The notes: generated from the sequence alone by a model not told the origin. A DNA stretch of 36,348 nt from a virus (IMGVR_UViG_3300020050_017826:1-36348); one strand, 5' to 3'; shown: positions 15,012-23,723, counted from the first letter of the stretch. A program made the numbers and translations.

Positions 15012-16943
15012 TTAGTTTTCTCCTTCTTTTTTTACTTCCACTTTTTTCTCACCACTCGAACCCTTTTGAACCTCAGCCTCTGTGCCAGGTGGTAAAGGTG
15101 GTGGTATCCCCCTCATCATGCTTATGAGTGGAGGAAGATTTTGAGCACTGGTGAGATGTTTTTCAATGTGCATGTTTATGAGTTGAACCAGGGCGGGATT
15201 ATTCCTCACGGTAGGGTCATCAAGTAAGCCCATGTGTTGGGGGATGTGGGTCAAGTGATTATCAGTGCCGAGCACGATCATCTCCATTCCCTTCCGCATT
15301 TGTTCATTCTCGAACCTAATCAAAATTTCACTATTCTGGACATCCTCGGTGGCGCTTCCCACACTCCCCGTCGTAAACACCTCTGCAAGCTCATCCACAC
15401 TTTTGACCAAACCTTGGTTCACAATAGTCGTAGCCAGCTCATAGTTCCCGTCAAGCTGGTTCAAAAGTGGGTTGCCTGGTTGGACTTGAACACGGCCAAT
15501 ATTTTTTAGATCATTAGAAGAAAACACAAGTTGTACGTCTTGCTCTGGAGTTCCAGTGAGCTCAGCCACTCTAGGGCTTGTGGCGTATGTTTGAAGAAAC
15601 GCCAAGAGTGAATTACCCATGTTTTCTTGAACTCTAAAAATGTTTTCCTGCAAGTTTGATGAAAACTGAAGATCAATAGACTGCAAAATCGCCAATGCTT
15701 GACCAGATGCTTTGATCGCACTCTGGCCAGCACCTTGCAACACCCCAAGACCAAGCAAGTTTTCCATGTATGCTTTGAGTGAGCTTATGAGTGAGTATGT
15801 CTCTGGTGCACTCTTTGTGAGCTGAAGTGTGCTGGGAATCTTATCCCCTTTGTATCGAATTGCCGCTAAGCCGGTTTCCAGCGCAGTCTCACTTATGTTT
15901 GCTCCATCCGGCAAAAGCAAAATTTGAAGTCCGCTAGCCGCGTTGTTCGTGCTCACGATTGACATCAGCTTGTCGATCAAGCTTTGGAGTGGAAGTGTGT
16001 CCCAAGCGTAAGAAGTCGGCAAAGGGAACTCACAATTCTCATCCATGATGATGCGGTACACAGGAAAGTCTCCAGCTGCTAAGGTCATGTCCACGAGTGC
16101 AGTACCATCTTGAAGGAAAAGCACCTTGCGTCCTTGAGGGCACTCCGGGGATGGCCGTGCGATGAACATGAAAACCCCAGCATAGTCCTCAAGTGCTGCT
16201 GGTTGGACGCGCAAAAACTGATTCTCCCGATAGTTGAATATCTTAGCACTCTCATCAATAGCGCTCGAATTGTTAATCTCACTCTCGAACGCGGGGAAAC
16301 ATTTCTTCAAATCACTCTTCAGCATGCGACGAAACACCCGAACCCACGGGAGGTTGTAGTCTTTCACCAAAGGGCGAACCACTTCTAGTGGCGTGGCTTC
16401 AAAAAATTCCGGCTCGCCACTCATCACCACTGCGCCATCTAGGTTTACAAAAAGCGGCTCACCCTTCATAAAGTTCCAATCCCCGATGATAAAGGAATCC
16501 GCATCTAAGAATGCATTCCTCGTAGCCTTGTACATCACACGTTGAGCTTCAGTACGGGAGGTGTAATAACTCAAGACCGAACGCGCGATCATGCTTTGCT
16601 TCTGTGACTCCGCACTGTAGTTCACTGTGCGCACAACATAGGAAAGCTTAGTCTTGAGCAACTGTGAAACTGCGTGTTGAACTAAGTTTCGGTATACGTT
16701 TACGCTTACGTCTAGATATTGACTTTTGTCTCCAAACCTCAACACCTGCCCCATATGGAAGAGTGGGCGAAAAAATGAGTTCCGAGAATTGTCTATCGCA
16801 TTCACGTATCGCGTTTGAGTCAAATACTGATAGTATTGCGCGGCTCGATCCTGGAGTTTGTCGAAAAGCTCTTGAGGTGGCCCTGAGCACTCTAAGGAGT
16901 CATTTTGAGATTCTGAGTTAAGTTCGTTTTTTACCATAAGCAT
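15012..16943 (-). CDS. Portal protein
   Basis: 643 aa, immediately downstream of and overlapping the large terminase gene. Size and position are typical. No diagnostic motif was read. Confidence 0.65.
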   Translation of the reverse strand: MLMVKNELNSESQNDSLECSGPPQELFDKLQDRAAQYYQYLTQTRYVNAIDNSRNSFFRPLFHMGQVLRFGDKSQYLDVSVNVYRNLVQHAVSQLLKTKLSYVVRTVNYSAESQKQSMIARSVLSYYTSRTEAQRVMYKATRNAFLDADSFIIGDWNFMKGEPLFVNLDGAVVMSGEPEFFEATPLEVVRPLVKDYNLPWVRVFRRMLKSDLKKCFPAFESEINNSSAIDESAKIFNYRENQFLRVQPAALEDYAGVFMFIARPSPECPQGRKVLFLQDGTALVDMTLAAGDFPVYRIIMDENCEFPLPTSYAWDTLPLQSLIDKLMSIVSTNNAASGLQILLLPDGANISETALETGLAAIRYKGDKIPSTLQLTKSAPETYSLISSLKAYMENLLGLGVLQGAGQSAIKASGQALAILQSIDLQFSSNLQENIFRVQENMGNSLLAFLQTYATSPRVAELTGTPEQDVQLVFSSNDLKNIGRVQVQPGNPLLNQLDGNYELATTIVNQGLVKSVDELAEVFTTGSVGSATEDVQNSEILIRFENEQMRKGMEMIVLGTDNHLTHIPQHMGLLDDPTVRNNPALVQLINMHIEKHLTSAQNLPPLISMMRGIPPPLPPGTEAEVQKGSSGEKKVEVKKEGEN

Positions 16944-18351
16944 TCCAAGGATTCAAGACCTGCAATACACTGGGTTTCTTTGGTGCAGACCTTCCAGCTA
17001 TGTTATCAGGACTACGGGTGTCTGTAAATGCTAGACTTTCATCATGGGTTTGGTCGATGTTGCGGATGAGGTACATCAGGGCTGCGAGGTGATCATAGTG
17101 TCCGTAAACCTTGCTATAATCCCACTTAGAGCGGTTTTTGTCCCAGCACCCGTATTTGAGTGACCCCAGAGTAAAGGGACATGCATTTTCGTCTACCACC
17201 AAGCGTCGGTTTTGAATAAACTCCCGCATGTTGTTCACCATAGCCACAAGAGTGCGCTCCTTTGTGGTGGCCATAAAGTAGAGATCATGCAAAATGTTAA
17301 GATCCTGCAAAAGCAAGGCGTTGTTATTATCTGCTACTCTAAGATGAACCTTTGCGTCCCCCCAAAGCTCTTTTTCGCGACTTTTGACCAAATCTAAGAT
17401 GACCTTGGTGGTGAGCTTAGGGCCGGTCACTTGTTCCTCCCCCTCGAGCACAAACCACTCCTTTACTGGGTCCCAGTAGCCAAAGAGAATGGCCGTAAGA
17501 TCACGCTTCGTACCTAAGTCCATCGCCACATACTTCGGACATAGCTCAAAGTAAGGTGGGCGCTCAATCTTTCTTGTAATTATGCCTTTTTGCTCACTTG
17601 GCAACACTATGGCTAAATCCTCGTCCGCCACGATTTGGTTGTAGTATTCCCTCGCCCTGGTCGTTTCATCCAAGCATGCCTTGAGGAGCCGGTCACGTTC
17701 TGCGGGTGAAATATGCGGTGCGTCAAAAATATTCAAATCCACAAAGCTGTTCGTTTCCATCGCAAGGGGGGTAAAAATGGAGTGGAAGCTATGCGCCGCA
17801 CTATGGGGGGCACTGCTTGAAAAAATGACCTGAACCCCAGGCCGATTTGCAGTCATAGGTGATATCACACTTTGCCACAAGTAACGAAGAAGCTCACTCT
17901 CAACGTTCCTTGCCTCATCTATGCCATAGAAGTCCACATACGCACCCCTACCACCATCGGGGTTACGGTCTAGACCATACAGCGCCAGCTCCCCACCATT
18001 CGCGTGGTTTAAGATTTTGTGCTCACTCTTCACGTACTCTAGGGGAAGGTCGCTAGGTGCACTCTCGAGGATGATCTGGAGCACTGGCAAGATAAACTCC
18101 TTCAAATCTTTGAGCGTCTTGGTGGCTAACTTTACACGTGGAAACTTGTTCTTACAATTCAGCAACACTTCGAGCGCTTTAGTGACTAGCCAGAAGGTCT
18201 TTCCAAACCTGCGTGAGCATCTTAGGACGAAGAAATTTCCGGTGTGTGAGCGAAAAATCTTGTCTATCTTATGTTGGCCATTGTGGTACAGAAACCGCAA
18301 CTCTCCGCGTCGCCAAAGCTCGTGTTGAATTTCAGTCTTGCTGAGCTTCAT
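16918..18351 (-). CDS. terL: Terminase large subunit
   Basis: 477 aa. Walker A CSRRFGKT, Walker B VDFYGIDEA, and nuclease-domain motif AMDLGTKRDLTAI. Confidence 0.85.
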   Translation of the reverse strand: MKLSKTEIQHELWRRGELRFLYHNGQHKIDKIFRSHTGNFFVLRCSRRFGKTFWLVTKALEVLLNCKNKFPRVKLATKTLKDLKEFILPVLQIILESAPSDLPLEYVKSEHKILNHANGGELALYGLDRNPDGGRGAYVDFYGIDEARNVESELLRYLWQSVISPMTANRPGVQVIFSSSAPHSAAHSFHSIFTPLAMETNSFVDLNIFDAPHISPAERDRLLKACLDETTRAREYYNQIVADEDLAIVLPSEQKGIITRKIERPPYFELCPKYVAMDLGTKRDLTAILFGYWDPVKEWFVLEGEEQVTGPKLTTKVILDLVKSREKELWGDAKVHLRVADNNNALLLQDLNILHDLYFMATTKERTLVAMVNNMREFIQNRRLVVDENACPFTLGSLKYGCWDKNRSKWDYSKVYGHYDHLAALMYLIRNIDQTHDESLAFTDTRSPDNIAGRSAPKKPSVLQVLNPWNAYGKKRT

Positions 18352-18616
18352 CTTCGCTCGCTTCGGCTTCTTCGGGATCCTCTAAGCTCTTAAGAAGAAA
18401 CTCACTAGAATTCTTCAACCTCTTGAGTGGGCTCTTGTCACTCTTCGTCATCTTGGCTTCTAAGTCCACCACAGCTTTGAGGACATCCAGCTCTTCTGGT
18501 GTCATGAGCCGTCCTTCAAATTGAATCGCCACTATGAGCTCGAGTTGGTGTTCAAGAACTTCTTGCACCTTCTCCGTGGTGCTTTTCTTTTCTACCTTGG
18601 TTTTTCCTCGAGCCAC
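18332..18616 (-). CDS. Possible small terminase subunit
   Basis: 94 aa with a GTG start. Basic N-terminus and acidic C-terminus. Overlaps the terL start by 20 nt. Called on position only. Confidence 0.3.
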   Translation of the reverse strand: MARGKTKVEKKSTTEKVQEVLEHQLELIVAIQFEGRLMTPEELDVLKAVVDLEAKMTKSDKSPLKRLKNSSEFLLKSLEDPEEAEASEDEAQQD

Positions 18617-18622
18617 TCTACG

Positions 18623-18934
18623 CTATCCCCGTGATTGAAGTACGTTTCGGAGCTTAAGTGACTCCACCTCGGCTTGAAGTTGCTCTAGAGCTTGAGCTGG
18701 AGTCTTCTCCTTGAACGCCTTTCGCTGTTGCTGGCGCTTAAAGCCATACAGACTTAGGACCAAAAACGTATTCGCAATATCCAGGATACCGGTACTAGGT
18801 GCCAAAGCCATCTTCACAATCACCACCCACGCAGCTACGTTTGTAGCGCTGAGTGCGTTGTCTCGATTTAAAAGTGAGAGGAATATGAAAACCTTGAAAA
18901 ATCCTTCTTTGATCTTAAGTGCGAATGCGTCCAT
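18623..18934 (-). CDS. Holin-like membrane protein (three hydrophobic segments plus charged tail)
   Basis: 103 aa. Hydrophobic stretches FFKVFIFLSLL, VAAWVVIVKMALA and ILDIANTFLVLSLYGF, followed by a basic coiled tail. The order holin-like, small terminase, terL resembles T7. Confidence 0.4.
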   Translation of the reverse strand: MDAFALKIKEGFFKVFIFLSLLNRDNALSATNVAAWVVIVKMALAPSTGILDIANTFLVLSLYGFKRQQQRKAFKEKTPAQALEQLQAEVESLKLRNVLQSRG

Positions 18935-19448
18935 TTTTTTGCTCCTGTTTCGTCATTATAGCTTGTTTTCTAAATATGTCCAACGCGGTATACCAGGACG
19001 GCACACTGTACTTCCCAGCGCGCTCTAGCTCGTACGCTTTTGTATCATACTCCTTGAGTGATGTGGAGTATTGTCGCAGTTCCCTGGCATTCAACCTCAG
19101 CGGGGTGTACTTTAAAAGAAGCGCACATAGGAGTTCATACTCCAAAGCTTTGAAATCTTGCAAGCTTTTCTTGAGGGGTGAAGGCAAGTCCCCTAAAAAG
19201 ACCTCAGCCATATCATGCCACAGCGCGAAGAGTCTGAAGCGCTCAAAAACCCCAGCGGGCATCAAGTTCCACACCATCAAAGAGTGGTCTAAGATACTAA
19301 TGCTAGATGTTCCACAATTCCTGTACACCCCATCGGCTAAGCGTAGGAATGATTCTAAGCTTAGGGATGGGTTGAAAGGATCTAGTGTGCGTAACTTTCC
19401 ATCCACAAAGATCTCTATACTAACACTTTTCTTCATAGTACACCCCAT
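18915..19448 (-). CDS. HD-domain phosphohydrolase (YfbR-like 5'-deoxynucleotidase type)
   Basis: 177 aa. HSLMV ... FALWHDMAEVFLGDLPSPLKK (H..HD..D pattern). Confidence 0.7.
   Translation of the reverse strand: MGCTMKKSVSIEIFVDGKLRTLDPFNPSLSLESFLRLADGVYRNCGTSSISILDHSLMVWNLMPAGVFERFRLFALWHDMAEVFLGDLPSPLKKSLQDFKALEYELLCALLLKYTPLRLNARELRQYSTSLKEYDTKAYELERAGKYSVPSWYTALDIFRKQAIMTKQEQKNGRIRT
18955..18983 (-). promoter_or_regulatory. sigma70-like promoter TTGGAC-N17-TATAAT for the holin-like/terminase/portal genes
   Basis: On the minus strand: TTGGAC (18983..18978), a 17-nt spacer and TATAAT (18960..18955). GGAG and ATG 18934 follow. It lies inside the 3' end of the HD gene. Confidence 0.45.
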
Positions 19449-20232
19449 TCACAAAGGTACTGACTTTGCCATCGCTTTCGATAATAGGAACGGCTTGAAG
19501 GAAGCAAAACCCATCAGCCATAAACCCAACACAAAACCCAAGTTGCCACTGAGTCGTTTTAATCGCTGGAAGGTATTTCACGTACTGCACATCCACAAGG
19601 TGACCAGCATTCGCCGTGAACCGCGTGCCATGCTCCACATCCCCATCATACGCAACACCAAGGCGATGAGTGTGGCCAAAGATCAAATTTGATCCGAACA
19701 CCTTGCCACCTTGAAGAAGTGCCCCGGCTCCAGCCGAACCAAAATCATGCGTCACATACACACGGTCGAAAAGCTTGATGTGACTTCTGTATGGCACAAA
19801 ATCCCACTTCTTCCCTAGCTCTAGGATGTGCCGGATGGAAAAGTTATCCGCTCTTGAGCGCATCTGAGGGTGGTTTTGTCGAATCAACCTAGGTAATCTT
19901 TCCTCGTGGTTTCCCTCGAGGTATATCATCTTCTTTGCCCCCACACTCTCTAGCTCATCAATCCCAAGCCGTGCTGCTGCAATCTCCTCTTCTAGTGATG
20001 CAAAGTTTGATTCGTGCACAGCATGTGTGCTTGCAAACGCACAGTCCACAAAATCCCCCAGCACCACGATCATGGTCACCTTGAGTGCGCGAGCCACTTT
20101 GATCATGAGCCTGAACGCTCCATCGTGGTGGTATGGAAAGTGTGCGTCCGGCACATAAAGCACCACTTCACTTCCACTCACCCTTGGCGCTACTCTTACT
20201 TTCTTTTGAATTTTCTTTTTCATTTTACTCAT
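19420..20232 (-). CDS. Calcineurin-like metallophosphoesterase
   Basis: 270 aa. Motifs PDAHFP (DxH), LGDFVD (GD), EGNHEE (GNHE) and FGHTH (GH). Confidence 0.8.
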   Translation of the reverse strand: MSKMKKKIQKKVRVAPRVSGSEVVLYVPDAHFPYHHDGAFRLMIKVARALKVTMIVVLGDFVDCAFASTHAVHESNFASLEEEIAAARLGIDELESVGAKKMIYLEGNHEERLPRLIRQNHPQMRSRADNFSIRHILELGKKWDFVPYRSHIKLFDRVYVTHDFGSAGAGALLQGGKVFGSNLIFGHTHRLGVAYDGDVEHGTRFTANAGHLVDVQYVKYLPAIKTTQWQLGFCVGFMADGFCFLQAVPIIESDGKVSTFVNGVYYEEKC

Positions 20233-20840
20233 ACCGCTACTTTACCCTTTCGTTTTTCGGAGTTGTTTAACTTTAAAATCGCTATGTGATCCTGCCATGT
20301 CACCCAGCGTATGTTACCCACCACATACCCATCCCCCTTGTCTTTTCTTTGAACTGTGGGTAAGAGAGCATGGAAAAACTTAGCTCTCACCCAAGCATTC
20401 CACATCCTTAGGAATGTTTTGTCGTTCCGAAAAGCCTGGATAAAATCTTCCTTAGTGCTCACCCTCAGACCTTTTAAATTTTTAGAATATATATTCCTCC
20501 CATTCACATACCCACACATTCTATTCCACTTTTTACGCAAAAAAGTGTTGAGGTCGGACTTTTCTCCAAGCATCTCACATACTCGACATATAATCCTCAA
20601 CACCCCGGCCATCCTTCTAAAATACACTTCATTTCGTGGCTTCTTTTCTGCACACTTTTTGCATTCAAAGAGAGCAAAAACCTTCTTAGCATCCACTTCC
20701 TCTCGCTGAAAAGTTTTACGTGGAATTCCTAGCTTCCTTCTGCGTCTCGCTCTATAGCGAATGACCTTTTGAACCTCATCCAAAGAGCTAAGGAAACTCT
20801 TATTCACCTTGCGACACCAACACTCTGAGCTTCTCTTCAT
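20229..20840 (-). CDS. HNH-like homing endonuclease-related protein
   Basis: The ORF opens at a TTG (20855); the first ATG is 20840. CxxC pairs (CKKC, CRVC). The C-terminal module WNRMCGY...QRKDKGDGYVVGNIRWVT is paralogous to 23720..24334. Confidence 0.4.
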   Translation of the reverse strand: MKRSSECWCRKVNKSFLSSLDEVQKVIRYRARRRRKLGIPRKTFQREEVDAKKVFALFECKKCAEKKPRNEVYFRRMAGVLRIICRVCEMLGEKSDLNTFLRKKWNRMCGYVNGRNIYSKNLKGLRVSTKEDFIQAFRNDKTFLRMWNAWVRAKFFHALLPTVQRKDKGDGYVVGNIRWVTWQDHIAILKLNNSEKRKGKVAV

Positions 20841-21387
20841 CCTCACACTGCTCAATCACACTTTGGATTGGACCATCGAATGGCTTCCCCTCAGGGTGCT
20901 TCATCCCAGCCACATGAAGCATCTCGTGCATGAGGTAAACTCTAAGCACCAGTGGACATTCTTTTTTACTCTTCCCCTCACCCCACGCAACACTGTTCAC
21001 CAACACTACTTCGTGGGGTGCTCCACTTGCGACTTCCTTCGCACTCATGTGAAACGTGACTGCACAAAACGGAGCGTCTTCAGGTTTAGTGTCAAACGCC
21101 CCGGCAAAGTCTTCTTGAGTGTGAAAAAAGAAGAACCTCACATTTCGCTCACTTTCTATGATCTTAAATGTTGCTGGGAATTTGTCTTCCAGATAATTAC
21201 ACTTCGCGAGAATGGTGTACGCATCCTTCACTTCCGCTGCCACAGCCTTAGTCTTGGCGTGCATCTCACCGAAATCATACTTTGTGTTGGAAGGCGGGAT
21301 GACTATGCTAGCCCCAGTCCAGTACTCCTGCGCACTCACACTCAAGCTCCCACTCAAAATCACACCCATGATGAAACTTCTAATCAT
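20800..21387 (-). CDS. Secreted zinc metalloprotease with metzincin-type HExxHxxGxxH motif
   Basis: 195 aa. Signal peptide MIRSFIMGVILSGSLSVSAQ and motif YLMHEMLHVAGMKHPEG. Confidence 0.6.
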   Translation of the reverse strand: MIRSFIMGVILSGSLSVSAQEYWTGASIVIPPSNTKYDFGEMHAKTKAVAAEVKDAYTILAKCNYLEDKFPATFKIIESERNVRFFFFHTQEDFAGAFDTKPEDAPFCAVTFHMSAKEVASGAPHEVVLVNSVAWGEGKSKKECPLVLRVYLMHEMLHVAGMKHPEGKPFDGPIQSVIEQCEDEEKLRVLVSQGE

Positions 21388-21938
21388 ACCCCTATGTCCT
21401 TTCTTTTAAAACTAACCCACTTCTTTCGTCTGACCACGAGCACCGGCATCACAAATGCAAACCCCACACCAGCAAGAGTTGTATTGTGGCTACTGCTAAG
21501 ATTATGAGTAAGATTAAAACCCGCTCGTGCACTTTGGTATTTTAGCATACTTTTGCGAAAACTCTCCATCACTCTTGTGACCTTAGCTCGATACACCTTT
21601 GCTTTTGATGGGGTTTTGCTGTGGTACTGAGTCCAGGTGCGTTTCATCCCTAGGTATGTGCATAGCGGTAAAACGCTAGAGCGATCTAGCTTTGTGATTC
21701 TCAGTTCTTGGAGCGCTAGAGGCGAAAGTTGTCCAACCCCGATGTCCCCAGTGGGTGACTCTACTTTAGCTCTAAAACTACTTTCCACACTCACCATACT
21801 TAAAATCAAAAGCGGATCATACCTCTGGCATTGTGGTGAGCTGAGTTCCCCCACTATTTTCAAAACCACCTCACGCTTTGCGCTTGGGTGATACGCACTC
21901 ACCATCGCGACCATGGCTATAACAGCGGACACCATCAT
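21384..21938 (-). CDS. Lytic transglycosylase (SLT domain) with N-terminal anchor
   Basis: Internal ATG 21938 overlaps the upstream TGA (ATGA). The protein starts MMVSAVIAMVAMVSAY. SLT motif VESSFRAKVESPTGDIGVGQL. Confidence 0.75.
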   Translation of the reverse strand: MMVSAVIAMVAMVSAYHPSAKREVVLKIVGELSSPQCQRYDPLLILSMVSVESSFRAKVESPTGDIGVGQLSPLALQELRITKLDRSSVLPLCTYLGMKRTWTQYHSKTPSKAKVYRAKVTRVMESFRKSMLKYQSARAGFNLTHNLSSSHNTTLAGVGFAFVMPVLVVRRKKWVSFKRKDIGV

Positions 21939-22123
21939 ACGCTCAAGTACCCTAGGGTGAGTACACCCAAACCCATCATTATAACCCCAACGCGAGCAAA
22001 GTAGCCTAGCGTAAAGTACCATCGCGCAAAGCTCCCCGCCGTGGTGATTATGCCACCCAGGACGTAGAGTGCCGCTATTATTCCTACCCAAAGAACTGCT
22101 AAGTACGCTGCGAATGTGATCAT
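21935..22123 (-). CDS. Small two-TM membrane protein (holin/pinholin-like)
   Basis: 62 aa, almost entirely hydrophobic (two TM helices). ATGA-coupled to both neighbouring genes. Confidence 0.5.
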   Translation of the reverse strand: MITFAAYLAVLWVGIIAALYVLGGIITTAGSFARWYFTLGYFARVGVIMMGLGVLTLGYLSV

Positions 22124-22554
22124 TTTTTTCTCTCCTTTGATGGCAACTCTAGGGTGGACCTGTCATCAAACTTTCCACCATCGTACCCTAAGATGTTGTA
22201 TGTAATTGCAAAGAGAATGTTGCAAGCCGCATGCCAAGAATGCGGCAACCCACTTTCACGGTCTAAGTTTTCTTCATCCACCATGTGACGAAACCAGCTG
22301 TTGAAAACTCTGCTATAGCTCATCCCCTTAGCATAGTTCAAAGACGCATACTTTCGCGCTCCAAAGTCCAACACCTTGAACATACCTTCGTTTGCGATCA
22401 AGGTCTTGAGCGTACTTTGCGGGATGTCTTTGCGATAAAAGTACCACTGCACCATTTCCTCACAAAGTACCCATGAGCCAAAGCATGATCTAAGCACGCT
22501 TGGGTGGATGTGGTGAAAAGTGTGTTTTCCAGCATCATCCCTCTTGGCACTCAC
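22120..22554 (-). CDS. dATP/dGTP diphosphohydrolase N-terminal-domain-like protein (DUF5664-type)
   Basis: 144 aa with a GTG start. KRDDAGK ... DFGARKYASLNYAKG ... FRHM ... LDRESGLPHSWHAACNILF matches my recollection of that phage family. Confidence 0.55.
   Translation of the reverse strand: MSAKRDDAGKHTFHHIHPSVLRSCFGSWVLCEEMVQWYFYRKDIPQSTLKTLIANEGMFKVLDFGARKYASLNYAKGMSYSRVFNSWFRHMVDEENLDRESGLPHSWHAACNILFAITYNILGYDGGKFDDRSTLELPSKERKK
22221..22236 (-). promoter_or_regulatory. sigma54-type match TGGCAT-GCGGC-TTGCA, internal to the upstream gene and about 100 nt before the membrane-protein gene
   Basis: The reverse complement reads TTGGCATGCGGCTTGCA, with correct GG-N10-GC spacing and a perfect -12 box. 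Confidence 0.35.
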
Positions 22555-22715
22555 TTGACTACATCCTTCAAGAACGCTTCCACCTTCTCAAGCACCGTCT
22601 TGGCATCATACCCCAAGCCCTTGAGTTGCGTGATGTACTCTCCAAGCGCACCAAAGCTTTGAGTTTGAAAATCCTTCAAAATCTTTGAATTAAAATCCTC
22701 AGTTTCCTTCATCAT
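22551..22715 (-). CDS. Hypothetical small protein
   Basis: ATG 22715 (MMKETEDF...) has SD GGAAGGA. The longer alternative starts at ATG 22787. Confidence 0.4.
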   Translation of the reverse strand: MMKETEDFNSKILKDFQTQSFGALGEYITQLKGLGYDAKTVLEKVEAFLKDVVK

Positions 22716-22825
22716 AAATTTTAGTCCTTCCGTAAAGCCTCTATGATGCAAATCACACCCAAGAGTAACGCCCCTATGAGTATGCATACCACTATTTCTA
22801 CACTTCCACTCTTGAACATCTTCAT

Positions 22826-22854
22826 ATCTTAGCTTCCGGCAAAGATGATTTCAA
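22826..22854 (-). promoter_or_regulatory. sigma70-like promoter TTGAAA-N17-TAAGAT
   Basis: Read on the minus strand in the 160-nt gap downstream of the MazG-like gene. Confidence 0.3.
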
Positions 22855-22876
22855 GAATGTCAAAAAGTGTGCCATC

Positions 22877-23191
22877 CTAACGATCATCACCCTTCCCCTT
22901 GATCATGCCTCTCGCTCTTCTGTCACTAAGCTTGTCCAAGTTCATCAGTGCAATCTCTTCAAGATCCGTGCCAAGCTGCACACTAAGGTCACTCACAAAC
23001 CAAATTATATCGCCCAACTCTTTTTTCAAACCTTCCATGTCTAACTCACCATCACCTCTCAACGCACGCTTATACTTTCCCATGAGCTCTCCCACTTCTT
23101 CTACCAACCCACAAAGCGCATGACTCTCCCTGCGCTCCTCGTCCACCACATTAAACTCCCGTGCTAGCTTTGAGTATTCCTTAAGCGTCAT
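22877..23191 (-). CDS. mazG: MazG-like nucleotide pyrophosphohydrolase
   Basis: 104 aa. LVEEVGELMGKY, ELGDIIWFVSDL and NLDKLSDRRARG form the classic MazG EExxE / ExxD pattern. Confidence 0.8.
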   Translation of the reverse strand: MTLKEYSKLAREFNVVDEERRESHALCGLVEEVGELMGKYKRALRGDGELDMEGLKKELGDIIWFVSDLSVQLGTDLEEIALMNLDKLSDRRARGMIKGKGDDR

Positions 23192-23514
23192 TCTTCTACC
23201 TCTCTCATTTTCTTATACTCGCATACGTTATGAGTTGATGCCAAATATCTTACTGCAATTTCGCACCTACTAAATTCACTACCCATAACAATAGCTCTTT
23301 GCGACCCATGAACTGTACAATAATCAATCTCCAGCGGCTCTGGGATGTCTTTGAGCATCCCGGCGGCGTCCATTTCTTCCAGAATTGGAGCCCAATTAAA
23401 GTTTGCGGCTGATTGGGCTCTAGCCAACTTGGATGCCTCCGCTCTACCGTACTCTACCGCACCGTTTAGATGTTTACTTATCAACGCAACCCATTCTGAT
23501 GGCCACTTTTTCAT
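23188..23514 (-). CDS. Hypothetical protein
   Basis: 108 aa, ATGA-coupled. Confidence 0.5.
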   Translation of the reverse strand: MKKWPSEWVALISKHLNGAVEYGRAEASKLARAQSAANFNWAPILEEMDAAGMLKDIPEPLEIDYCTVHGSQRAIVMGSEFSRCEIAVRYLASTHNVCEYKKMREVEE

Positions 23515-23723
23515 TCCACTTCCTCCAAGAGCTTGCCTAGTTTTTTGTGGAAGGATTTGAGTTCTTCGATTGTGTAGTACGGCGAGTCTATTCTAAAACG
23601 TGTAACACCGAAAGAGGGCGATCCCATGATTGGACGAATGGCGTGGTCCGGTCCAAAACAATAAGCACCCGTATCATCTTCAATAACTAACTGCTCCAAC
23701 CTAGTTTGTTTCTTCTTTTTCAC
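23511..23723 (-). CDS. Hypothetical protein
   Basis: 70 aa. GTG start overlapping the upstream TGA. Confidence 0.45.
   Translation of the reverse strand: MKKKKQTRLEQLVIEDDTGAYCFGPDHAIRPIMGSPSFGVTRFRIDSPYYTIEELKSFHKKLGKLLEEVE

Noticed and set aside
15072-15087. TGGCAC-AGAGG-CTGAG at the 3' end of the portal gene. Its -24 half is identical to the site at 3978.
   Set aside because: The -12 box is CTGA (no GC) and the site is in coding sequence. I note the shared TGGCACAGAGG string but do not call a promoter.
22859-22874. TGGCAC-ACTTT-TTGAC in the gap downstream of the MazG-like gene.
   Set aside because: There is no GC at -12. A sigma70-like TTGAAA-N17-TAAGAT just downstream explains the gap better.
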